Source: Azolla caroliniana (lineage: Eukaryota > Plantae > Polypodiophyta). From it: DNA of 64,000 nucleotides. The stretch spans positions 558,001 through 622,000 of the forward strand of contig JBHGNT010000002.1 of the NCBI GenBank assembly GCA_043228905.1, written 5' to 3'. The notes under the pieces were generated by a model, which saw only the letters and a program-made list of their open reading frames with translations, had not been told where the DNA came from and did no database searches. Every line of letters begins with the position of its first letter. The stretch's first letter is position 1. A program made the translations under genes and the position numbers. Below, piece after piece: positions 13,904 through 24,573 of this stretch.

Positions 13904-15150
13904 CTAACAATAGTGATAGCAATAGCAATGGCGTTGAATATGGTGGAAATGACAAGCACCGGTTTCAGCATGCTCAACAACTTTGCATTGGTATTCACAA
14001 CCACGACGATTGAGACATTGTCCACTGTAGGTCTTACTCTTGTAGCCGCATAGACCTTCAGGCATGACCACTTCCTCATCCTCAACGTCGACGTTCTTAG
14101 CATTTTCTTGAGTTGCAACCTCCCTATTGCCCGTTACTGCATCATTGTGTTCTTCACCACCAAATGTAAATTAGACAATGATCATTATTGAGACTTTGAT
14201 GGAATATCCAAAATTTTCATTGATATCTCATGGTTATACATGACATAAAAAAGTAAACAACAACATTGATGTTCCAATTGATGACATGTAACGATATAAT
14301 AAATTAATAGATATAGAGCATCTAACAAGTTTAAAGAGTCTGTTCATTTGATTTCATGGTTAGATGCTCTTTAAGCTTGTTAGATGCTCTATATCTATTA
14401 ATTTACTATGTCATAAAAAAGGACATGGGAATATCCAAAATTTTCATTGATATCTCATGGTTATACATGACATAAAAAAGTAAACAACAACATTGATGTT
14501 CCAATTGATGACATGTAACGACATAATAAATTAATAGATATAGAGCATCTAACAAGTTTAAAGAGTCTGTTCATTTGATTTCATGGTTAGATGCTCTTTA
14601 AGCTTGTTAGATGCTCTATATCTATTAATTTACTATGTCATAAAAAAGGACATGGGAATGGCAAAATACAACAAGACTTCTTATGCAAAAAGATCAATCT
14701 TGTCTTTTTATAGCTTTCTTTTTGTTTAGTGCTTAACTATACGGGATTCTATTAGTATATATTGTAAGAGGTAATTGTAATACCTAGCAAAACATGTGTA
14801 TAAAATAATTAAGGAGCTCATGATGAAGTTTACTGAAGTTGATAACTTGTGCCGAATTGAATATCCTTGCCAACTGTTACTATAACCCATTCATCATAGT
14901 GAATATTACTACCACACCCTAATATTGTTTGACACCTTAATTAATTATAAGATGTCTTTGATTAGTATTAAAAATATTTGTGTGACAACTTTTCCTTACC
15001 CACAGTTAATAAAGATGAATATTACTAGTACTTTCGTTTACATTTTGAAAGGTTTTCTTTACCTTCAATTGCCTCACTGATTTGCCATGTCCAACTCAAA
15101 GCAAGCAACACCACCATAACCACAACAAAGGTATAAGTGTGTCCTGCCAT
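13904..15150 (-). CDS. Secreted plant defensin (gamma-thionin/CSalphabeta) precursor: signal peptide, acidic prodomain, 8-Cys mature domain
   Basis: Exon 1 (15150..15063) encodes MAGHTYTFVVVMVVLLALSWTWQISEAIE and ends at a phase-1 GT donor. Exon 2 (~14151..13904) reads EHNDAVTGNREVATQENAKNVDVEDEEVVMPEG-LCGYKSKTYSGQCLNRRGCEYQCKVVEHAETGACHFHHIQRHCYCYHYC*. Cys spacing C-X10-C-X5-C-X3-C-X10-C-X8-C-X-C-X3-C is the canonical plant defensin pattern. This frame differs from track ORF 13783..14118. Confidence 0.9.
14201..14659. repeat. Near-exact 227-bp tandem duplication in the defensin intron; each copy contains a ~45-bp inverted repeat (MITE-like fold-back)
   Basis: GGAATATCCAAAATTTTCATTG begins at 14201 and again at 14428. 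Each unit contains TAAATTAATAGATATAGAGCATCTAACAAG and its reverse complement CTTGTTAGATGCTCTATATCTATTAATTTA. Confidence 0.9.
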
Positions 15151-15228
15151 TAATGAAATCGATGATAATGAGAACTATGCGTTATATAAATATTGCTTGA
15201 AGGTGATGAGAAGAGTGTCTTGGGTTGT

Positions 15229-15240
15229 TCTTATATAGAG
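15229..15240 (-). promoter_or_regulatory. TATA box of the defensin gene
   Basis: CTCTATATAAGA on the - strand, ~80 bp upstream of the ATG at 15150. Confidence 0.7.
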
Positions 15241-15829
15241 GGAAAAAACACAATGAGTACTACGCAAATTAAGTGCCAACCATGTTACAAGGGTCCGTTG
15301 AATATACATTAATACAAGTATGTGTAACACACTTTTCCTTGGGATGTATAGATAGTGCGTTTTATGTGGATTCTCATGGTATTGTTGGGAGATGGGACTC
15401 AAAATTGCCACCATTGAGTCGAAAAAGAAGAAAAGTGTATCACTAACATCCCCACTAACCTTAAAGATATGCTCTTTATATTTACATTTATCGTCAACAA
15501 CATGTTTTGATCTAAAGGCCTTCTTCTATGATGGAAGGCACTAATTTGTTCATTTGGGCCCTTTTTATACTCATTACCATCAATGTTGTAATACTAAAAT
15601 GTACTCTACACTCTCACTACATGTGAGTGTAGATATAGGTTTTAGTGTTAGTTCAAGAGCATCTCATTTACGAGAGATTCAAGGTCAAGGAAAGCTGCAA
15701 TACATCACAATATTATTGGAATTCAATAGATATATTGATACTAAAACGGAATGAAATTGTATGTGTCAATTTCAAAAACTATACATACAAAGTGCAAGGA
15801 TTTGAGGTGCAATTTCAAACACAAGCACA

Positions 15830-16819
15830 AAATGGAAGTGGAAGTGGAAGACACAAACACACGCACAAAATGCTCGTACGGAGTGCAAGGACTTGGGAGT
15901 ACTTTGTATGTACGCCTGAAACGCTCCCTCGTCACAAGACGGCCGAACGTACAAGGAAGACACAAACACACACACAAATGCTCGTACGCCTTTATGAGGA
16001 GGAGAGGTGCATGGGCAAGCCCGAAACGGTCCCTCGTCACAAGATGGCCGAATGTACAAGGAAGACACAAACACACGCACAAAATGCTCGTACGCCTTTA
16101 TGAGGAGGAGAGGTGCATGGGCAAGCCCGAAACGCTCCCTCGTCACAAGACGGCCGAACGTACAAGGCAGACATGAATAAAGAAAGAAGGAAAGAAAGAA
16201 ACACGAATGATATCGGCCAAAGAAATAAATACGTGTTTGATTCCAACGCAAGAGGACCCTTTATAAAATAGGGTTTGATTACAATGACAACTTATAGTTA
16301 ACCACAAGCTCAATCAAAACATAAATACTAAATGCCCTTAGAGACAAGAGCAAATCCGAACACGGCGAAGATGAACACATGAGCACCACCAAAATGTCAA
16401 TCCCAACGAACCACGACCACCCGAATGGTGAGCACACAGGCTCGCAACGACAAACGGGGCGGAGCAACGTCGAATCAATGAAGCTTGGGCTCACGAGCAC
16501 TTCGAGTGCCGACGCGAAGAAGACGAGCACGTGGTGGTGGGGGGATGAGATGAAGAGAAGTGGTGAATAAGAAGATAAAGAGCTCCGAAGGAAAATTGGC
16601 GATAGTCTCCTCCTCCTTGAATGAGCCCCCGTCGACCTCCTTTTATAGGAAAAAAAGGAAGGCGAGGTCGCCAATTAATCGCCTTTCCACCCGTTCTTTT
16701 CCCTTTTATTTTGCAAATGCACAATTAATTGCCTTTGTGTGCACACACATTGCACGTGCACATTTTGACTCCCCCCTTTCGCCGGTTTTTCCCACTCTCG
16801 AGCACGCCACATCACGACA
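15830..16819 (-). mobile_element. Truncated LTR (probably Gypsy-type), same family as the solo LTR at 26182-27582, with an internal ~105-bp tandem triplication
   Basis: Colinear similarity of 16097-16775 to 26531-27445. The terminus ...TCACGACA at 16819 matches the end at 27582. TATA box CCTATAAAAGG on the - strand near 16640. Repeat units start at ~15847, 15956 and 16061. The other terminus was not found. Confidence 0.75.
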
Positions 16820-16838
16820 CCGTCACTATCCAACTTCC

Positions 16839-17009
16839 TGTCGAATACATGTGTATAATGGACGTATTCACATTATCCCGTTTTGGCCATTTATGTAATT
16901 AGCATAAAGGGTAGTTGCCCTAAGTCGGTCACTATTTATAGTGACCTTGTAACCTTTTTGTAAGGTTGGATGTTGTATTATTCCTTTATGAAATAAGAAG
17001 TCTTTTGTG

Positions 17010-17047
<38 letters not shown>

Positions 17048-20000
17048 CTTGTGCAACGACATAGAAACAGCCATACGCAGGTACAGAACAGAAACGAATG
17101 CTTCTTGATCTTCCGCATAGACGACATTGTCTTCAACATCTGGTATCAGAGCTTGCACAGTATTCGGTTCCTCAACCCGTTGTCGGCCGTCGTCTCAGCC
17201 TGCACAGCATTCGGTTTCCAGCGTCATTCGAAGAAGAGAGAAGAAGAAGAGAAACGAGGCTTGCATCTCATCGCGTTAGATCATCTTCACTTGGAGTAAG
17301 CCAGCAGGTTGTACTCTGTCTCTTGTGATCGTAACCGCTCGAGGTGAAATCCCCTGTGAAACATTGACACGATCGTGCTCCACTCGGTTAAACGGCATCC
17401 GAAAAGGTCATTAAACGCTGCTCGCCGCTCGTTGTAACCACTCGGTGCAGATCGGTCTCAAGACAACAACCCAAATTCGTGCTTCATCTGGCTGATCGAC
17501 ATTCGGGAGGATCAGTTGGATCCGTCTCTCTCGTTGCTGCAGTCAACCGAAGCAGAATCGGTCCAAATAATCGGTATTCGGCATATATATCCGAAGCGAA
17601 CCGGGCTCACTCCGACTCGGCAACATTCGGGAAGACCAGTCGGTTCTGTCCCTCAAGTTACCGGAGTCAATTCGAGCAAGTTCCGAAGCCGAACCGACTC
17701 GGGTTCAAATCCGACTAGAACAATATCGGGTGAGCCAACCGGCTGCACTCCAACAAGGTTCGTAGTCAACTCCGAACCGAGCTTCGTCAACCGAAACCGA
17801 ATTTGATGGCATCAACATCCGGCTCGTCAGAAATGAGTCTACGAAAGTTCGATGGATCGAACTTCAACTTCTGGAAGGAGCAAATGCAAGACTATCTCAT
17901 AGTCAAGGGACAAATCGATCCCATCGAAAATGAAGAACCTCCAGAAGGATACAAACCAATTGAGTGGCAGAAGCTGGACAGAATCGTCCGCGCCACGATT
18001 CGGATGCACCTATCGGAATCGGTATACTTTACGGTGCAATCGTGTACGACAGCATTCGAACTGTGGAAAACACTGTCGGACACTTACGAAAAGAAGGTCG
18101 CCGCAACGAAGATGTTTCTGATCCGGCGCCTCTACAACTTGCGGATGAAAGAATCCGATTCGGTTCAAGCACACCTCAATGAGTACGAAAGCATAAGCTC
18201 CCAAATCTCGTCACAGGGGACGGCAATCGAGGATGAACTCAGAGCAATGATACTCATGAGCAGCCTTCCCTCATCATGGGAAACTTTCGTCACAACCGTG
18301 TGCAACGCGTCAACCACGGCTGTTAAGTACTCCGAAGTCACGAGCGCAATCCTGACCGAAGCAGCTCGGAGAAAGTCTTTCGCCAAAGACTCAACAGACG
18401 ACGCTTACGTAGTACAAGGTTCGACAGACCGATCGAACATACGAGGAAGAGATTCCTCACGACCGCCGAACAATCAGCGAAGACGGAGCCAGTCACGGGA
18501 TAACCGAATCTGCAACTATTGCAAGAAACCCGGACACATCAAAGCCGACTGCCGCGCACTCAAGAACAAGAACAACAAGAAGAGTGGCCGACATGAGGAG
18601 ATCAATTACGTCAGCTTCTCAGCTGATGTACTACCGGACGACCCGAATATACTATCAATCGAAAATCCAGTCGGATCAGAAGTTCTACTCACGACTGAAG
18701 AATCGAGCACATGGCTGTTAGATTCGGGCGCGTCATTTCACGTGACTCCTCATCGATCCCAATTTCGGCAATATACGATCCGTCACTCCGACTCAGTTCG
18801 AGTCGGCAACTCACAACACTGTGACATCATCGGAATCGGCACAGTAGTGCTCAACCTTGCAGGTGGCTCTACACTTGTACTCCACAATGTCCGACATGTA
18901 CCCGAGCTCTCAAGGCCATTGATCTCAGTCGGACAACTAGATGAAGACGGCATTCGTGCCGGCTTTTCTTCGGGAGGGTGGACACTCCACAGGGGGAACC
19001 TCCTGCTTGCTAGAGGACCCAAGATACACTCACTGTATCCGTTACATGTTACGCTCAGAGAGGGTAACCTGTTTTTGGTGGATATTCCTGTGTCATCACT
19101 ATGGCACCGAAGATTAGGACACCTCAGCAAGGCCGGCATCGCGCACCTATCTAGAGCCGGATACATCCCCAAACTCTCCTTCTCGGACCATCAATTCTGC
19201 GAGCATTGTCAGTATGGCAAACAAGCAGCCGCATCACACCCGACATCAGCACCAAGAGAAACGAGACCTCTCGATTTAGTCCATTCGGACGTCTGTGGCC
19301 CAATGCCGCATCAGTCTCTAGGCGGTGCATCTTACTTCGTCACTTTTATTGACGATTCGACTCGAAAGGTGTGGGCTTATCCAATTCGCACCAAAGATCG
19401 GGTCTTCTCGATCTTCACCGATTGGCTCGCTATGGTAGAAAATCAAACCGACCGAAAGCTGAAATGCTTTCGGACAGACAATGGGGGAGAGTTTAAATCC
19501 GAAGAATTCGTCAAATTCTGCTGACAACGCGGCATCCGACGTGAATTTACGGCACCACACAGTCCGGAGCAAAACGGGATTGCAGAACGAATGAATCGGA
19601 CAATCCAAGAACAGATAGTTTCCATGCTCCAACACTCCGGACTGTCGGATGGCTTCTGGGCAGAGGCTCTACTCACGGCAGTACACATAATCAATATGTC
19701 GCCAAGTAGACCTCTAGGACTTCAAATTCCTCAGGAACTATGGATCGGCAGTAAGCCGAATTACGACAAGCTGAGGATCTTCGGATGCGAGGCGTACGCC
19801 CTCATTCCGAAAGATGATCGCCGAAAACTTGCACCTCGGTCCAGGAAATGCATTTTCCTCGGATATGGATCCGACGGCGAAATGGGATACCGACTCTGGG
19901 ACCCCGAACGCAGACAAATCGTTCGAAGTTCGGACGTTGTGTTCAACGAGTCGGCTATGAATCCATCAGTCGAAAAACCGATCGAAGTCCGAAGGGTAAC

Positions 20001-22183
20001 ATTCTCCGATGTGCCGACCCTTCAAGAAGGCCCCGCTCTCAACACACGGTCAGCTTCACGGGTAGCTGAACCTTACACTACCGACTCGGACAACTCCGAC
20101 TCGGCACAGCAGAACAATCCGCTTTCGGACCATCCGACCGTGATACCCGATGCGACCAGTCCAATCATACTTCGACGATCCGAGAGACTGTCGCAACCTC
20201 CGGAGAGGTATTCTCCTGGAATTTTCTTCACCGACGCCGGCGAACCGACGTCTTACGAAGAAGCATCGACTTCTGTCGATTCAGCCACCTGGCATCTGGC
20301 GATGGAGTCGGAAATGCACTCCATTCGGGCAAACAAAACTTGGGATTTGGTCGAATTACCTCAGAACCGACGTGCTCTTCCTTGCAAGTGGGTTTATCGA
20401 CTAAAAGAGACGTCTGATTCGACCACCCCAAAGTACAAGGCCAGATTAGTTGCGAAGGGCTTCCGACAAGAATATGGCGTCGACTTCGACGAGATTTTTT
20501 CACCAGTGGTGAAAATGACAACCCTCCGTTTTCTACTCGGCGTAGTGGCAGCCGACAACTTGGAGCTGATTCAGCTAGATGTCAAAACAGCATTCCTCCA
20601 TGGTGATCTTGAAGAGGAAATTTATATGGAGCAGCCAAAAGGCTTCGTGGCAACTGGCCAAGAACATCTAGTCTGCCGACTCAGGAAGAGTCTATACGGC
20701 CTCAAACAGGCACCACGACAATGGTACAAGAAGTTCGACGACTTCATCCAATCGATCGGCTTCTCCAAAAGCGATGAGGACCATTGTCTCTTCACCAACA
20801 CAGCTCAAGATGGATCACCCATCTTCCTCATCATTTACGTGGACGACATGCTAATTTCTGGACGCCACGCGGGCGAACTTGCCGATCTCATTCGGCAACT
20901 GCGGTTGAAGTTTGCCATGAAGGACCTCGGTCCGGCACGACACATACTCGGCATGAAAATTAGTCGGCATCGCGATAAACGACATCTTTTTTTGTCTCAG
21001 ACCGACTATATCCGACGTGTCTTGGAACGCTTCAACATGCAATCAGCCAAATCTGCTTCAACCCCGCTCCCAATGAATCTTCGGCTCTCTCAGCGAGACT
21101 GCCCGACATCCGGCCCGGAGGGGGAAGATATGAAGTCGGTACCGTATGCACCGGCAGTCGGCTCCCTTATGTACCTGATGGTCGCGACACGGCCTGATAT
21201 CTCTCATGCCGTAGGAGTCGTCAGCAGATTTATGCACAATCCTGGCCGATCGCATTGGAACGCAGTCAAGCATGTGTTCAGATATCTGGCTGGCACAAAA
21301 GAACACGGCATTCTTTTCGGTCCGAACCGAACCTCAGGCGTAGTCGGTTACACCGACTCGGATTTCGCCGGCTGTATAGACAGTCGGAAATCAACAACCG
21401 GATACTGCTTCAAATTCGGCAATGGAGCAATCTCGTGGAAGTCGAAACTTCAGGAGTGCACAGCAACCTCAACGACCGAAGCAGAATATGTAGCTGCGTC
21501 CGACGCAGCAAAAGAAGCTTTGTGGCTCGGTCGGCTGGCGCACACGTTTCGACAAGTCGACCATGACTCGGCTCCAGTTGTCTACAGCGACAGTCAAGGT
21601 GCTGTTGCCTTGTCGAAAAATCCGGTTCACCACAACGCCTCCAAACATATCGACGTTCGATATCACTTCGTTCGGGACTGCGTCATCTCAGGGAAAATCG
21701 GTCTAGAGAAAATATCCACAACCGACAATGTCGCAGATGGAATGACCAAGTGTCTTTCGGCAGACCGTTTTCGGTCTCTTCGGCATCAGATGGGCGTAAC
21801 GACAAACCAGCCCGGTTAGAGCCGGACACAGAGCAGGATGGTTCCCGACAACCGACATCAGTTCCTTAATGATCGGCTTCAACTGCTCCGACCCGACCAG
21901 TTCGGTCTTCTGCCTTCGGACCCTGCCGACTCGAACAAAGCTGATATGTCCGAGAACCTAAGTCTATACCTGTAATCTCAGATAACCCATGTATACGCCC
22001 ATTACGGGGGAGTGTCGAATACATGTGTATAATGGACGTATTCACATTATCCCGTTTTGGCCATTTATGTAATTAGCATAAAGGGTAGTTGCCCTAAGTC
22101 GGTCACTATTTATAGTGACCTTGTAACCTTTTTGTAAGGTTGGATGTTGTATTATTCCTTTATGAAATAAGAAGTCTTTTGTG

Positions 22184-22221
<38 letters not shown>

Positions 22222-22312
22222 CTTGTGCAACGACATAGAAACAGCCATACGCAGGTACAGAACAGAAACGAATGCTTCTTGATCTTCCGCATAGACGACA
22301 TTGTCTTCAACA
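16839..22312 (+). mobile_element. Full-length, very recent Ty1/Copia LTR retrotransposon (Tnt1/Tork-like)
   Basis: 300-bp LTRs at 16839..17138 and 22013..22312 (TG..CA), identical by eye including the (CT)17 tract. 5-bp TSD CTTCC (16834-16838 / 22313-22317). PBS TGGTATCAGAGC (tRNA-iMet) at 17141. PPT ACGGGGGAG at 22004-22012. Confidence 0.97.
17806..21819 (+). pseudogene. Copia gag-pol polyprotein (Gag, CCHC knuckle, PR, IN, RT, RNase H) with one in-frame TGA at 19522-19524
   Basis: Motifs CNYCKKPGHIKADC, LLDSGAS, HRRLGH..CEHC, SDVCGP, TDNGGEF, QNGIAERMNR, KARLVAKG, QLDVKTAF, YVDDML, YTDSD and KHIDVRYH. ORFs 17803..19524 and 19591..21819 are in the same frame. Confidence 0.95.
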
Positions 22313-23633
22313 CTTCCAAGTGGTGTTTTCTTGGAAATACATGATACTATTTATGCACATACCTCACTAAGAAATCTTCTTGCATTTGCAAATGTGCGAT
22401 GCAATGGATCCCACCTCATGACATGGGAACAAGATGGGAAAGAGACAATGCGAGTTGTCAATGTCAAATATTACCCAAGTTATTGATGAGTTAGAAGTCT
22501 TACCAAACCAATTGTATTGTTTCAACCTTAAAGCGCCGAAGATCTGCATGGCTTCATTTACCCACTATTCCAATATTTCCTCGAAGGTCAATACTAATAT
22601 CATGGATCTCTGGCATGATCGTGGCAATACAATGATTAGGAGAATGATCAATAATGTTCAAGATCTACCTTTAAAGTTGGAATACTTGAATTGAGTTAAA
22701 ACTCGTTTTTGTGTTCCATGTGCATAAGGAAAGCTTGTGATTCGTCCTTCCTAGCACACAGAACCGGATGAATCACCAAATTTTTTGGAGCGTATACATG
22801 GTGATATCCATGGACCAATGCACCCTCCTTCTAGACCATTTTATTACTTCATAGGACTCAAAGATGTTTCATTGCGTTTTTCTCACGTCACACTTCTTTC
22901 TACTTGCAACATGGTGTTGCCTCAACTCCTCATCCTTATCATCAAGTTGCGTGCTCAATTCCCAGATTTTCCAATTAAGTCGATTCGGATGGAAAACATT
23001 GCCAAGTTTACGTCAACAACCTTTATTCGCTATTACGAATCTATCGTAATTGCTCGATTGATTTGTCTCAAATCGATTTTGCCTAGTTCAACATGGGGAC
23101 ATGCAACGCAACTTCTCCGATTACGGCCGTCATCATGTCAACAACTTTCATGAACGAATCAGATCCTCAAACTATTCAAGTTCAGCAAAATCATCTCCTT
23201 TTTGGGATAAATGGAAAGAAGTTATTCAAGTTGAGCTAAATAGTCTTCTCAAACGAGAAGTTTTTGGTAAAATTCAAGAGACGCCTATTGGTCACACACC
23301 CATTGTCTATCGTTGGGTTTTTGTGTGGGACCATAATGATAAAGGAGAAGTTATCCGTTATAAGACAAGGTTTGTTGCTCAAGGTTTCAAGCGACGATTT
23401 GGTATTGATTATACTGATACATATTGTCCGGTTATGGATGCAACAAGTTTTCGTTGGTCGATTCATTTTACTGTTCAACGAAGTCTTCATATGCGTCTCA
23501 TGGATGTGGTTACAACTTATCTTTATGGTGATTTGGATAAAGATATATACATGAAGATACCTGAAGAACTTTGCAAATCTATGCAGCTTGGAAAATTTCT
23601 AAATCCATCGATCAAGTTACGTAAGGCATTTAT
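22313..23633 (+). mobile_element. Old degenerate Copia (Bianca-like lineage) PR-IN-RT remnant; host of the young Copia
   Basis: Motifs LWHDR, FCVPCA*GKL, FLERIHGDIHGPMHPPSRPF, LRAQFPDFPIKSIRMEN, YKTRFVAQGF and LMDVVTTYLYG, with stops and deletions. Removing the young Copia and one TSD restores TVTIQLP|SGVFLEIHDT across 16820-16838 / 22318. Confidence 0.85.
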
Positions 23634-24573
23634 CCAATTAATGACTTTCTCCGATCATGCCCCAGTTGTGTTACAAGTTAATGATGGGAAAAAACGTAAG
23701 CAACAAGGGAGAATAAAGATTCCACTGGAATTGTTTACAGAAGCCATAATTACTGAACAACTTATGTATATATGGAGACAAACTTTATTGCAAACTGGAT
23801 ATGTGGAAGATAATGTGGCCTCGGCAATATTACATATTAATAGTTTCTTAATCTCTTCGGCACATGGGAAAAAGGAAAGATATACACAGAAAATTATGAG
23901 TATGCATTGTGCCTTGACATCGTTGCAACATTTTCAAGAAAGGGATCCATTGTGTGAATGGATGGCAAATGCGTTACATAATGCAAAATGGGAATTAAGA
24001 AATATTAAGGACAACATTGTACAATTTCAATATCAAGCCTTTGCTTCAAAATGGACACAACTAGGTGATAGAGTAAAAATGTTTTTTTCCCGAGTTTCAC
24101 TAAAATGATCGGCAGTAGGGATTAAACAACTAAGGAGAGAAGATGGCTCCTTAACGGAAGATGAGTCAGAAATTGTACAAATTCCTACGACTTACTATAC
24201 TAAATTGTTGTCTGTTGGAGTTGCTATTGAATCTGTTCACACAAGTAGGAAATGTGTGTTGGGCAAAATTAAGGCTAAAGACACAAATGAAATGAAGGTG
24301 GCATTAATGAACCCCTGTGACATTATGGAAATACATAATGCACTTAGAGCTTTAAGTCTTATGTCTTGTCCAGTGGATGATGGAATTGCACATTTTTTCC
24401 TCAAATATTGAGAATATATTGAGGAAGACTTAACGAAAGCTTATCACAGAATTTTTTACTCTGGGTACATGCCTCGTAGTATGGTAGTTGGCTTGATTTA
24501 TTTAATACCTAAGGTTGAAGGTATATCAGATGATATTAGAAAATGGAGACCAATAGCTTTGCTGAATACAATA

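Noticed and set aside
13783-14118. Track ORF of 111 aa on the - strand
   Set aside because: It is an alternative frame over the defensin exon; the neighbouring frame has the exact 8-Cys defensin pattern and joins a signal-peptide exon.
15645-16674. Several 110-160-aa ORFs on both strands (also 26731-27217)
   Set aside because: They lie in LTR sequence and tandem repeats, are open in several frames at once and show no protein motif.
21820-22012. Possible env-like or extra ORF in the young Copia
   Set aside because: Under 200 bp separate the pol stop from the PPT, and there is no ORF.
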